The position numbers were made by a program, and so were the translations under genes. The notes under the pieces were generated by a model. It worked only from the letters and a program-made list of their open reading frames with translations, was not told where the DNA came from and made no database searches. From NCBI GenBank assembly GCA_049840735.1, contig JASGJN010000017.1, forward strand, positions 352,001 through 416,000: DNA of 64,000 bases, written 5' to 3'. This DNA comes from Anaeromyxobacter sp. (lineage in GTDB: Bacteria > Myxococcota > Myxococcia > Myxococcales > Anaeromyxobacteraceae). The number at the start of each line of letters is the position of its first letter. The first letter of the stretch is position 1. Positions 1 through 11,770 of the stretch are shown here, in pieces.

Positions 1-816
1 CCCCCAATGCTCATAAGCGTCCCCGTGGAACCCTTGTAATGTAGCCCGAGGGACTTCTCCGGATCGAAGCGGGACACAGTCGGACACTTCCCCTCTAGTT
101 GTCCCCACTCTCCGGGTGGCGGAGCCATTTCCAACTCCCCCGTTTCGACACGATAGCGGGAACCGGCGTCCGCGTCTCCCTTGCTTCGTGGATTGGGGAT
201 CGCATTTGGCTCGGAGGGAGTCGCACCAAGGAGCATGGACTGTAGAAGCGCCAGCCCACCACTGAAGCCAAAACCGCCCCCACCTGGTGATCCTCCCAAT
301 GCAGCTTCACGGAGACTCGGCGAGGTACCTGTACCCGAGTCGCCAGGGCCAGCATTCGAGGTCGCTCCCAAGCCCGTCGAATCTCCGGGCGATACGCTCT
401 CGGCGCCGGCGCGGGCTGACTCGTCATCCAGAGCCGCAGGAGGCGACGCATCCCCCGATTCATCCGGCTGGTCCTTGGCCGCGCCCGAGGCTGACAGCAC
501 CAACCGATCCATACCTTCCGCATCCGCCCCATCGCTAGTCGACGACGGGCCGTCCCCAGCCGAGGCGGCCGTCGCCGTCACAGAAGCGCCCGCATTCGCC
601 TTGGCCGGAGGCGGACCAGACACAAGTGCCTCGGTCGCATGCCTCAATCGATTGAACGCGTCTCTGCCGAAACCGTTATCCAATGCCTGCACAATTGCAC
701 CACCCAGAGCGTTTCCGAATGAATCCGTGGCCACCTGCTTAATGTCCACGCGGCCGTTGACGACAATAGAAACGGCGCTTTGACGAATGATGCCGTTCAT
801 GGTCTCGCGGAGCACC
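1..816 (-). pseudogene. 3' part of orphan RHS/LysM toxin module with an alternative C-terminal domain; runs off the window start
   Basis: Frame continues ...VLRETMNGIIRQSAVSIVVNGRVDIKQVATDSFGNAL, matching the giant gene, then diverges completely. No stop seen before position 1. Separated from its 5' part by the IS at 817-2230. Confidence 0.85.
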
Positions 817-2230
817 TGTAGTGTCCACCCTCTGTCAAGACAGTGCCGCCGGCGGTAATCGGGCGGGTTGAGCGGCACGGTCCCTGGTTGCTACGCAGCC
901 GTCACGACGACGTCCCCGAGCTTCTCGGCCCGGTACTCCGCAGGCGTCTTCCAGCCCAGCGCCTGGTGCGGCCGCTGGGTGTTGTAGCGGTGCTGCCAGG
1001 CCAGCACCGCCTCACGGAGCTGCTCGGCGGTGTCCCAGTCGCGCAGCCAGATGACCTCCTCCTTCATCGTCCGGATCACCCGCTCCGCGACCGCGTTGCC
1101 GGTGGGCCGACCCACCGGGGCGAAGGTGTGGGTCAGGCCCCAGGCCGCCACCAGGGCGGCGCAGTCAGCGCCGGTGTACTGCGGCCCGTGGTCGGAGCGC
1201 AGTTCGACGCCGGGCGGCACGCCCCGCGGCATTCCAAACGCCGCTCGCAGGGCCTCCTGGACCGATTCCAGGACCGCCGGGCCGTGCTGGTCCTTGGTCA
1301 CCTGCAGCCCCAGCACGCTGCGGCAGCCGCAGTCGATGGTGGGGACCACCGCCACCCACCCGTCCTGCTTCGTCCAGGTCGTCGTGAAGTCGGTGGCGAT
1401 GCGGCGGTTCGGCTCCGGGACCACCACGTGGCCGCGGGTGGGTCTCACCCGGCTCGCGATCACGGGCCAGCACGAGGCCGTGGGCCCGCATCAGCGCGTG
1501 GACCCGCTTCTTGGAAACCTTGAGCCCCTGGCGCTTCAGCGTCGCCCAGACCTTCCGGACGCCCCAGGCCGGCTCCGCCTGGATGATCTGGCGGATCGCC
1601 TCCAGCACCACCTCGTTGGAGGTGTGCCGCGGCGCCCGCCGCAGCGTCACCACCCGGGCCGCTGGCCGGGGCCTCTTCGCGGCGTAGTACGCCGCCCTCG
1701 AGATGTTGAACGCCTCACAGAGCTGGGTCACAGTAGCGACGCCCGCCCGAGGTTCTCCCTGCTCATTTCCGCGACCTCGCGGGCCGAGAAGGGCGGGGCT
1801 TGATGCCCCATCGCCTTCTGCAGCAGCGTCACTGCACCGTCGCGTTCAGGGCCGTCTCCCGCATGACCTCGAGCTCCGCCTCCAGCTCGGTCTCCCGGGC
1901 CGACTTCCCCCGTGCCCTGCCGCAACGCAGCGTCGATGCCGGCCAGCGCGTCCGCCCGCCAGCCCTCCACCGTCTCCGGCAGGACTCCGAACCGCATCGC
2001 CACCTGGTCCACGGTGGCCTTGCCGCCCAGCAGCTCCAGCACGGCCCTGCGCCGATCCTCGGCGCTGCGCCGGCCCGGCCGTCCCCGCACGTTCTCCGGG
2101 GCCGCCGCGGCCTTCGCCGCCTCCGTCTTCTCCGCAGTCTTCTCGTCCTTCTTCACAGCCAGCCTTCTACCCGATCCGCTCCGGGTTTACCGACCCGAGG
2201 ACTGTCAACCTCGGCGAGGGGAACACCGTA
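817..2230 (-). mobile_element. IS3-like two-ORF insertion sequence, copy 1, with 15-bp target duplication
   Basis: orfA HTH (from 2156) and orfB HTH+rve integrase (ELRSDHGPQY, GNAVAERVIRTMKEE, YNTQRPHQALG; ends 891). Ends TGTAGTGTCC.../...GGAACACCGTA. GTCTCGCGGAGCACC at 802-816 and 2231-2245. Confidence 0.9.
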
Positions 2231-5105
2231 GTCTCGCGGAGCACCGTCTCCCCAGCGCCGACCAACTGGTTCCCGCGAATGAGCGAATTATCAGAATGCC
2301 CAAGGTTCGAAAGCGCCCCGCCATAGAACACCTTGTCCGCTGCAGTGTTAAGCCCCGCAGACAAACTGGCCATCGCCATCGACTTCCAACTGAACTTGTC
2401 CTGCGTGCCCACCAGGATAGCAATGCCCTGCGACGCGGCGTTCTGAGCCGCAGCATTCAAGGCTGCTGCCCCAACCCGCAATGCGGTGTTCTGGATGCCG
2501 GAGATAGCTCCACTGCCCGCTCCAAGCACAGACGTGGCGGCGGCGACAGCAACCTGCTTCCAGCTGAAGCTCTCCTGCATGCCCATGGCCATTCCGACGA
2601 GCTGACCGGCAGCGGATCCCACAGCGGCACCGATGGCACCTGCGACCGTGCTAGCCGCGAAGCCCACGCTGAGGGCCCCCATCGCCGGTCCGAGCACCGC
2701 CAGTGCAGCCCCGGCGGTGAAGTACGCGGCCACCGCGGTGACCACGATCACCATGATCATCCCGATGACGCCGCACCCCTTGTTGGCGGGCATCGGGATG
2801 TTCGGCGTGGTGCTGCCGACGATCCGGGACTGGTCGTAGGGCTGGTACGTGTCGGCGGTGTTCTTGGAGCCGATCGCTCCGTTCGGGATGACCAGGGTCT
2901 GGCCGACGCGCAGGTCTGCGTCGGTGCGCAGGCCGTTGGCGTCGGCGATCAGGTACCAGAGGCTCGAGTCGCCGTAGGACGACTGGGCGATGGACTTGAG
3001 CGTGTCGCCCGCGCGGACCGGGTACTGGCCCACGGCGGCGGAGGGGTAGGCGTTGGTGATGGGCTGGTAGGTGAGGCCGAAGTTGCCCTGCGCGACGTAG
3101 TTCGGGTCGCCGTTGTCCTTGTTCTGCTTGTGCGGGTCGGTCCCCTCCCCGTACACGCCCATCACGTTGCCGTTGACCACCAGCTCGCGGAGGATGCGCT
3201 CCTCCTGCAGCTTCTGCAGGACGTGGCCGTCGGCGTCGTTGATGAAGCTGCGGTCGTAGGCGTTCTTGGAGGAGTCGTCGAGACCGATCAGGAAGCCGTT
3301 CCCGTCGTAGGTCTCGGTGGTGGTGCCCTTGTTGCCGGCGTCGTCCTCGCGATAAGCGACCACCTTGGCTTCCTTGTAGCCCTCCAGCTTCGCGAAGCTG
3401 ACCTCGAAGACCTGCTTGGCGCCGCTCGAGCCCTTGCTGGTGTAGTTCTTGACGTTGCCGGCGTCGTCGTAGCCGGCGCCGTCCGTCCACACCCCGGAGA
3501 CCTTGGCCTCGTAGCGGGTCTCGTTGTCGAAGGCCCCGTTGGCGTTCATCACCTTCATCGACTTCACGCGCCCGTTCTGGTCGTAGCGGGTCACGCGGTT
3601 GCGGGCGCCGTTGGCCTCTGCGTCGTTCTCCACCAGCTTGGCGCGGTAGCCCGGATCGACGTCGTCGGTGGTGCCGACCTTCACCACGCGCGAGGCGCGG
3701 TCGTACAGGCGTTCATCCAGCTTGAGCGCGTACTTCGGATCGAGCGCGTTCCAGTTCTGGTCGAACACGCCGGTCTTCACCGACTCGAGGCGGTTCAGGG
3801 CGTCGTAGGTGTAGTACTCGTAGTTCACGCCATCGCGCGACTCGAACACGGTCCAGGTCGTGGGCCCCGCGTAGTCCGAGCCCTGGGCGCGCGCCACCAC
3901 CTGCTTGCCCCAGGACACGTCCTTGATGCGGTTGCCGTTCTTGTCGTAGGCGAGGATGTGACCCTGGTCCTTGGTGATGTTGGCCAGGTCGCCGGCGTCG
4001 CCGTTGACCGCGCCGTCCACCAGGATCTGGCGGTTCATGGCGTCGAAGGCGAAGAACTGGTTCTTGGTGCTCGCCTTGGTGTCGTAGACGGTGTGGGTGC
4101 CGATCACCGGCGCGCCGTAGGCGCCGACCGGGCCGTAGTCGGTGACCACCCGCCGGGTCTGCGCCTGGTAGGTGGTCAGCTGGTGGATGCGGTTGCCGAC
4201 GGCGTCGTACTCGAAGAGCACCGAGACGCCGTCCATGGCCTCCACGGTCGCGAGTCGGCCCAGCGTGTCGTAGCCGAGCCGCTGGTTCTGGTAGGTGACG
4301 GCGTCGGTGGGTAGCGCCTCGTTGGCCTGGATGCCGACACCCGAGGCCAAGCCGCTGACCGGCGTGCCCTGGGTGGTCTGCTCGAGGATCCGCTTTCCGC
4401 CGTAATTGTAGGCGTAGACGGTGCGCTGGCCGATGGCCCGGTCGCGGATCTCGATCAGCTGACCGGCGGCATCATAGGCGTAGCCGAGGTTCTGGGCCGA
4501 GCGCTCGGTCGTCGCCGTGCTCCACTTGGCCACGAGCTGGTTGGCCTTGTCGTAGGCGAAGAGCGTCTCCGTACCGCCGATGTCCTTGTGCGACTTGAGC
4601 TGGCCCTTGTCGAAGGTCCAGGTGGCAACGGCGCCGTTCGCGTCCTTGTCCCCCACCTGGCGACCGGCCTCGTCGTACACCTGCTGGCTGATCTGGCCGC
4701 CCGGCTGCTTGGTGGCGATCAGGTTGCCGCGGAGATCGTAGGTGTACTCGACGCGCTCGGCGTTGGGATTCACCTGGGCGATCTTCCGCCCGGCCTGGTC
4801 GTACTCCATGGTCGTGGTGAGCTCGACCTTGCCGGCGACGGCCTCGGCGACCAGCGAGACGGCGTACGTGTCGCTGACCGTGTACGCCCCCACGCCCTCG
4901 CTCTTGATGCTGGTGTTCCGGCCCAGCTTGTCGAAGCCGTAGCGGGTGAGGTGGCCTTCGCCGTCCTCGACCTGGACCTGGTTGCCGAAGGCGTCGAAGG
5001 AGCGGGTGATCTCGCCGCCGTCGGCGTGGATCTCGCGCGTCAACTGGCCACCCTCGTCCCAGACCTGCTGGTTGAGATTGCCGTTGGCGTCCCGGTTGCC
5101 GATCT
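2231..5105 (-). pseudogene. Orphan duplicate of the C-terminal YD/LysM/hydrophobic region of the giant toxin, 5'-truncated by IS66
   Basis: Highly similar to about 23,955-26,812 (IGNRDANGNLNQQVWD ... LysM YPVRAGDTLKSIA ... CGVIGMIMVIVV). No native start. Confidence 0.9.
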
Positions 5106-6273
5106 GTAACCGCTGCACGGACCCCGGTTAGCGGCGCGGGGCGGCCCACCGCACGCTGGCCGGCATGTCGAGTCGGGAGATCTGGGCGGAGCGGGTGGCA
5201 GAGTGGAGGGCGAGCGGGCTCAGCTCCCCCCGGTTCTGCGAGGGCAAGGGGTTCACGGCGGGCGGCCTGCGGCACTGGTCGCATCGGCTGAGGCACGGCG
5301 GCAAGTCGGCCGGCGCGGATCCGCGTGGCGAAGGTGGTGCGCCTGCCGGCAGTCCCGAGCGCGCCCGCGGCCCCGGACCTGGTGGTCGAGGTCGGCATGG
5401 CGCGCATCGTGGTTCGTCCGGGGTTCGACCGGGCGACCTTCGCCGCCGTGCTCGAGACGCTGGCCGCGCGTGCGGAGGGCACCGCGATGATCCCGCACGG
5501 GCGTGGATGTGTTCGTGGGGCTCGACCCGGATCGACCTGCGGTGGAGCTTCGACCGGCTCGCCGGCATCGGTGACGGAGCGGATCCGGCCGGGAGGCCCC
5601 GGGTGCGCGGCGCGCTCCTTCGTCTTCTTCGGGAAGCGGCGTGACGCGATGAAGGTCGCTCTTTCTGCGATGGGACGGGAGATGTGCACTCTTCTACAAG
5701 CGCCTCGACCGCGGCACACTGCAGGCTGCCGGACGCGCCGGAGGGTGCGACGAGCATCGCCATCGACGAGCGGGCGCTGGGACGACCTGCTCCGACGGGG
5801 ATCGAAGTGCAGGAGAAGTAAAGCGAAGGTCGCGGTGGTCCGCACCCTTTGACAGATCGCGCCGGCGTTTGACTACCAACGTGGTCGCGATGGCGGCGAC
5901 GACGGTGGAGGATCGGATCAAGGAGCTCGAGGCGGCGCTCGCTGCCCGCGATGCCGCCCTGGCCGCCACCGAGGCGGAGCTGGCGAAGGTGACGCAGGAG
6001 CGTGATCTGCTCCGCGCCTCGCACGAGCGGCTGCGGTTCGAGCTGGAGCTGCTGGAAGCGCCGCATCTTCGTGGCCAAGGTTGAGCGGGTGGACCACCGC
6101 GCAGCTCGAGAATGGAGTTCGCCGCGAAGCTGGCCGAGCTGAACCGGCTCGGGGGGTGGCTTGCCGCCGAAGGCAGGCGGCGAGGACGGCGCCGAGCCGA
6201 AGGAGAAGCGCAAGCCAACCGTAGCGCCGGGAACGCCGCGTCTCCAGGTCAGTCCGGAGGCAGAGAAGACGGT
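5106..6273 (+). mobile_element. IS66 left part (tnpA, tnpB, 5' tnpC), degenerate and truncated
   Basis: End GTAACCGCTGCACGGACCCC at 5106. TnpA-like WAERVAEWRASGLS...FC, TnpB-like IDLRWSFDRLAGI, coiled-coil TnpC start at about 5888. Many frameshifts. Confidence 0.8.
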
Positions 6274-6574
6274 CGTTCTTGGGGGTGGGGCCTCGCCGGC
6301 TCCACCCCTTCTCTCTTTGCGCGGGCGGATGATCACCGAGGAGGATCGCGGCGTCGATCATCGGCGATCAGAAATCGGCGCGGCGGACAGGCGAGGCGCG
6401 CTCGCTCCACGAAACGGACCCAGATCTCGGCGCGCACAGGATCTTCAAGCGCCGCAGGCGCGAGACCGGCGGCGCGAAGGGTCAGCGGGAATCAGGTCTG
6501 GGCCCGCCCGCGGCCTGAATATCCGAAAGTGTAATGTAGGATGACGCGACCCCTACCCACGCGACCCCTACCCC
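6274..6574 (-). repeat. Composite boundary repeat copy A (ISAs1 left end + 59-bp tail)
   Basis: Near-identical to 10347-10677 (inverted) and 11771-12099. Ends in a tandem 15-bp ACGCGACCCCTACCC duplication. Confidence 0.85.
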
Positions 6575-6620
6575 AGGGGCCCGGGCTACGTCCGCCAGAC
6601 GGGGTTCGCCGGCCGGTTAC

Positions 6621-6858
6621 AGCTCGCCTCCGGCAAGCGCGCCGTCGTCGAGAGCCTCGTCTACGCGGCGCTGATCGGCCTCGCCGTCAGCCGCTCGAAT
6701 CTGGCGCTCCCTGCGCGCTCGCGCCGACGCAGCCCGGCGCGTCTCGGAGCGGCGTGTCACCGACGCGCTCGCCACGATCGCCGGCGATCTCGTTGGCGCG
6801 CTCCTGGGCGACGTCCCCGATGCTGCCCAGCTCCGGAGGTGGAACCGGCTGCTATCAC
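6621..6858 (+). pseudogene. Probable IS4-family transposase C-terminal fragment between two IS66-type ends
   Basis: QLASGKRAVVESLVYAALIGLAVSR resembles IS4 C-termini. Flanked by ...CCGGTTAC (6620) and GTAAGCGCTG (6859). Confidence 0.4.
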
Positions 6859-7713
6859 GTAAGCGCTGCACGAACCCCGTCTGGCGGCGGGCGGGCCGGG
6901 GAGGCAGGCTGGGCGCGTGGACTGGAACCACGCGCGAGCGCCAGGAGCGGCCCGGTCAGCCCGGCGACACCTGCTCACCCGCCACCGGGAGCGGCGGCGG
7001 GACGGTGAGCGTGCCGATCTCGTTGGCGAGCTCGGCGGGGTCGAGGCGCGCGCGGGTCTGGGCCCAGTACCTGGGTGCGAGCTCGAGGTAGCGGTCGCGC
7101 GGCCAGTGCGCGAGGACGCGGAAGAGGTCGCGCAGGTAGGCCTCGGGGTCGAGCCGGTGCAGCCGGGCCGAGGCGACGAGGGACAGGATGTGAGGCCGGC
7201 GAGTCCTCGCCGTGGTCGTGGCTGCCGACGAAGAGCCAGCTCTTCCTGCCGACGGCGACCCTGCGCAGCTCGCGCTCCGAGCGGTTGTTCTCGAGTTGGA
7301 GCCGCCCGTCCTCGAGCACGCGCATGAGCGCGTCCTTCTGCCGGACGGCGTAGCCGAGCGCCGAGGCGGACGAGCCCGCGCTGATCGCGGACGCGCTCGT
7401 ACTCCGCCTCGGCCCAGGCGAAGAAGTCGACCAGGTGCACGCGCAGGTGCTGACTACGCTGGCGCAGGATGGTCTCGGGCGGATCATTTCGCCAGAAGTC
7501 ATCGAGCGCGAACACGTACCCGATGCGCGCCAATCCCTCGCGGGCGACCTCGCTCTTCGTGCAGGTCGCCTCCCAGAACTTGCGTCGCGCGTGGGACCAG
7601 CAGCCGACCTCGACGCGGGTGTCCACCTCGCCGTCCTCGGGCGGCTTGTCCGGCTCGCGGAAGAGCACGTCGTAGACGCTCTTGGCGTCTGCCTGGATGT
7701 AGCCGGAGTACCC
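6859..7713 (-). mobile_element. tnpC: IS66 right part (3' tnpC + IR), truncated by the IS3-like copy 2
   Basis: YSGYIQADA, GCWSHARRKF and LENNRSERELRRVAVGRKSWLF motifs. End GTAAGCGCTGCACGAACCCC at 6859. Confidence 0.85.
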
Positions 7714-9125
7714 TGTAGTGTCCACCCTGTGTCAAGACAGTGCCGCCGGCGGTAATCGGGCGGGTTGAGCGGCACGGTCCCTGGTTGCTACGCAGCCGTC
7801 ACGACGACGTCCCCGAGCTTCTCGGCCCGGTACTCCGCAGGCGTCTTCCAGCCCAGCGCCTGGTGCGGCCGCTGGGTGTTGTAGCGGTGCTGCCAGGCCA
7901 GCACCGCCTCACGGAGCTGCTCGGCGGTGTCCCAGTCGCGCAGCCAGATGACCTCCTCCTTCATCGTCCGGATCACCCGCTCCGCGACCGCGTTGCCGGT
8001 GGGCCGACCCACCGGGGCGAAGGTGTGGGTCAGGCCCCAGGCCGCCACCAGGGCGGCGCAGTCAGCGCCGGTGTACTGCGGCCCGTGGTCGGAGCGCAGT
8101 TCGACGCCGGGCGGCACGCCCCGCGGCATTCCAAACGCCGCTCGCAGGGCCTCCTGGACCGATTCCAGGACCGCCGGGCCGTGCTGGTCCTTGGTCACCT
8201 GCAGGCCCCAGCACGCTGCGGCAGCCGCAGTCGATGGTGGGGACCACCGCCACCCACCCGTCCTGCTTCGTCCAGGTCGTCGTGAAGTCGGTGGCCATGC
8301 GGCGGTTCGGCTCCGGGACCACCACGTGGCCGCGGGTGGTCTCACCCGGCTCGCGATCACGGGCCAGCACGAGGCCGTGGGCCCGCATCAGCGCGTGGAC
8401 CCGCTTCTTGGAAACCTTGAGCCCCTGGCGCTTCAGCGTCGCCCAGACCTTCCGGACGCCCCAGGCCGGCTCCGCCTGGATGATCTGGCGGATCGCCTCC
8501 AGCACCACCTCGTTGGAGGTGTGCCGCGGCGCCCGCCGCAGCGTCACCCACCCGGGCCGCTGGCCGGGGCCTCTTCGCGGCGTAGTACGCCGCCCTCGAG
8601 ATGTTGAACGCCTCACAGAGCTGGGTCACAGTAGCGACGCCCGCCGAGGTCTCCCTGCTCATTTCCGCGACCTCGCGGGCCGAGAAGGGCGGGGCTTGAT
8701 GCCCATCGCCTTCTGCAGCAGCGTCACCTGCACCGTCGCGTTCAGGGCCGTCTCCCGCATGACCTCGAGCTCCGCCTCCAGCTCGGTCTCCCGGGCCGAC
8801 TTCCCCGTGCCCTGCCGCAACGCAGCGTCGATGCCGGCCAGCGCGTCCGCCCGCCAGCCCTCCACCGTCTCCGGCAGGACTCCGAACCGCATCGCCACCT
8901 GGTCCACGGTGGCCTTGCCGCCCAGCAGCTCCAGCACGGCCCTGCGCCGATCCTCGGCGCTGCGCCGGCCCGGCCGTCCCCGCACGTTCTCCGGGGCCGC
9001 CGCGGCCTTCGCCGCCTCCGTCTTCTCCGCAGTCTTCTCGTCCTTCTTCACAGCCAGCCTTCTACCCGATCCGCTCCAGGTTTACCGACCCGAGGACTGT
9101 CAACCTCGGCGAGGGGAACACCGTA
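7714..9125 (-). mobile_element. IS3-like insertion sequence, copy 2 (no target duplication)
   Basis: Near-identical to 817-2230. orfA 8659-9051; orfB ends 7788 with frameshifts. The two flanks are unrelated. Confidence 0.9.
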
Positions 9126-9331
9126 CGGCTCTACTGTTGACGCCTGTCGCCGAGCTGTCCGCGGCGACCGTGGTTGGTGCAGTGGTGGTGGCTGGTGCCG
9201 CGGGGGTGGGCATCGGGTACGCTGCACGCAAGCTATCAGGCGGGTGGATCGACGATCAGATGCAGCGCTTCTTCGACTGGGCGCTCGGCGACGCAGACAC
9301 CGCTTACGCACGAGAGCATCCAGTTGCTTGA
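9126..9331 (+). pseudogene. Orphan toxin C-terminal fragment, hydrophobic Gly/Ala-rich
   Basis: TALLLTPVAELSAATVVGAVVVAGAAGVGIGYAARKLSGGWIDD...; truncated by the IS and directly upstream of a lower-GC exported protein gene. Confidence 0.45.
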
Positions 9332-9435
9332 GGGGCGCCGCCGGTGCCGAGGTCATTGCGGCTGGATGACGTGCGGCGACGGAAAGGGTATAGAAGGGGA
9401 TAGGTGGATCGGGCGCTCGATGTGCCCGGCTTTTC

Positions 9436-10305
9436 ATGGGCCTCGCTTGTTCGTACGTGAAGTCAGGAGGGGCTGTGATTCTGGCGGGAGTGATTGCGGC
9501 GGCGGCCGTGCTCGCGGTTCCTTATGGTCGGCTCGATCCCTTGTCTGGGTGCGTGGTGCATCAGGTTCAGTCGGGTGCGCAGTATGTTTGCGACTCTTAC
9601 GTGGTCTCTATCGAGGATTACCCCACGGCCGAGTCGGCTCGCCAACGCGTAAGCGAAGTTGTTGCTGCGCTTCGCCGGGAAGCTCAAGGCGCTGCCGTGG
9701 TGGGGAAGCAGAAGTTGAGTGTCGCCGGGGTTGATCGGGAAGTGACGCGTATCGCCTACCAGGGAAAGGGTCGCGAAGCGTATCTTCTAGAGGTCAAGCG
9801 GCGCGAAGGGACTCGGATTCTGGGGTGTCGGGCTGCAGAACAAATTCGTGTCTGCGAGGCGGCGTTTAGCAGTGTTGTGAATCGCCAATGGGGTGAGGTG
9901 CCGCTAAATGTCGCGGGGCGGCTGATCGCTGAGCCAAAGGGCTGTCGGTGGTCGTCGCGCTGGGACGGAGGCAGAATCGAGTGCGGGACTGATTATCGCG
10001 CTGAGTGGGGGGTGGCTCCAAGTGAGGAGGAGGGCGTTCGCCGCTCTAACGAACTCGCAGATATCGTGTTCAATAGCTTCAGCCGCGCTGCCGGAGTTGT
10101 TGTGGAGCGTGGCATTGTGAAATGCACCCTTGGTGGTGTTGCGACTGAGTGCCAGCGGATTGTTGTTGAAATCGGACATCCTCGGGAGTCCGTGTACTTG
10201 ACGGCGGGTGCAATTATTGAGGGCCGACCTGTGTTTGCGTATTGCTCCTCGGCTGGGAAAGACGGCTCCCGAGCACCCTGCTCTGTGCTCTTCGCGGCTC
10301 CGTAG
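9436..10305 (+). CDS. Membrane-anchored/exported Cys-containing hypothetical protein, candidate immunity protein
   Basis: 289-aa ORF with N-terminal hydrophobic segment, paired cysteines and atypical codon usage. Start uncertain. Confidence 0.6.
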   Translation: MGLACSYVKSGGAVILAGVIAAAAVLAVPYGRLDPLSGCVVHQVQSGAQYVCDSYVVSIEDYPTAESARQRVSEVVAALRREAQGAAVVGKQKLSVAGVDREVTRIAYQGKGREAYLLEVKRREGTRILGCRAAEQIRVCEAAFSSVVNRQWGEVPLNVAGRLIAEPKGCRWSSRWDGGRIECGTDYRAEWGVAPSEEEGVRRSNELADIVFNSFSRAAGVVVERGIVKCTLGGVATECQRIVVEIGHPRESVYLTAGAIIEGRPVFAYCSSAGKDGSRAPCSVLFAAP

Positions 10306-10346
10306 TGGTCGGGGGTGCCGCCCATCAGGCATCGGGTGCACCCTTG

Positions 10347-10677
10347 GGGGTAGGGGTCGCGTCATCCTACATTACACTTTCGGATATTCAGGCCGCGGGC
10401 GGGCCCAGACCTGATTCCCGCTGACCCTTCGCGCCGCCGGTCTCGCGCCTGCGGCGCTTGAAGATCCTGTGCGCGCCGAGATCTGGGTCCGTTTCGTGGA
10501 GCGAGCGCGCCTCGCCCGTCCGCCGCGCCGATTTCTGATCGCCGATGATCGACGCCGCGATCCTCCTCGGTGATCATCCGCCCGCGCAAAGAGAGAAGGG
10601 GTGGAGCCGGCGAGGCCCCACCCCCAAGAACGGCCTACTCGCGCAAAGAGAGGCAGGCCGAGGAGCAGGAATCATGC
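10347..10677 (+). repeat. Composite boundary repeat copy B
   Basis: GGGGTAGGGGTCGCGTCATCCTACATTACAC... then ISAs1 IR CAGACCTGATTCCCGCTGAC at 10406, and leader up to ATG at 10674. Confidence 0.85.
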
Positions 10678-10740
10678 TGTCGCCACCGGTCTCGGGTGAG
10701 CCCAGTTCCACCGGTCCCACCGAGCACCCGGTTCCCACCT
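10678..10740 (+). mobile_element. Probable IS21-type terminal fragment
   Basis: TGTCGCCACCGG start with internal CCACCGGT repeats; similar end at 20112. Confidence 0.45.
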
Positions 10741-11105
10741 GAGATGGTGGATCGCCTCTTCGATCTGGCGTTCTTCCTCGTCGGAGCCATTCACCGGTGG
10801 TCAACTGCCTTGACCTTGGTGTTCGCGGAGGACCTTGAACGAGCCCACCAGCCCGTCTCTGCCCTGACCTGGAGGGATTCTGTTCGGCCCAGGCAGCAGG
10901 GGCCGGCGCTCGCCGGTGCCCAGGCGCCGATATGCCTCCACCCCACCGGGTGGGCTCATTGTTGCCGCTCACGCTGGTTGATGGAGACGCGAACAGCCTC
11001 GCTGCTGGCCATCGCGGCGTGAGCGCGGCGCGCGCAGTGGCGTGATGGAGGTCGCGGGCCGCCCGACCGCCGGGCGCGGGGGCCGCGGCGACGGGCGGGG
11101 ACGCG

Positions 11106-11276
11106 ATGGACGTGGTGCTGGGCGAGGACGATGGCCACCCCTGCCAGGCGAACCGCGACGCCATCGAGACGGTCAGCTGGCTGCGGATCATCGGCTACAA
11201 CGCGCTGAGCGCCTGGCGGGCCCTGGCGCCTCGCAAGGACGGGAAACCCGTCGCCTGGGCCCGCGCCACGGAGACC
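11106..11276 (+). pseudogene. ISAs1 transposase C-terminal fragment
   Basis: DVVLGEDDGHPCQANRDAIETVSWLRIIGYNAL is nearly identical to the C-terminus of the 18089-19355 transposase. Confidence 0.85.
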
Positions 11277-11601
11277 CGGACGCGCCTCGTCCACGGTGGG
11301 GAGCTTGGCCGCCCAGGACTTGACGTCGATGCGGAAGTAGACGATTCGAGAACTGCTCTGGCTTCCTCCAAGCAAGTAAGTCAGGGCACGACGGGGTGCG
11401 TGTTTGCGGCACGCCCCCGTCACCTTTTTGTGGTCAGCGACGCGCCAGCGCCCCGCCTACACCTAAACCGACTACCATCACCGTGAGTGACCGCCAGTTT
11501 GCATGCTGGGCGGCGGGCACCTACATGGCGCTGCCGGCCCGCCCGTCAGCCAGCCTGCGCGAAATCCGGCCTCCGACCCTCAACGGGCTCGCGCGCTAAC
11601 A

Positions 11602-11770
11602 GCGAACGAGATCGGCACGCTCACCGTCCCGCCGCCGCTCCCGGTGGCGGGTGAGCAGGTGTCGCCGGGCTGACCGGGCCGCCCCTGGCGCTCGCGCGTG
11701 GTTCGCGTCCACGCACCCAGCTTGCCGCCTCGGCCTACCCGCCGCCAGACGGGGTTCGTGCAGCGGTTAC
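11602..11770 (+). mobile_element. IS66 right-end fragment
   Basis: Inverted near-copy of 6859-7030, ending GGGGTTCGTGCAGCGGTTAC. Confidence 0.8.
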
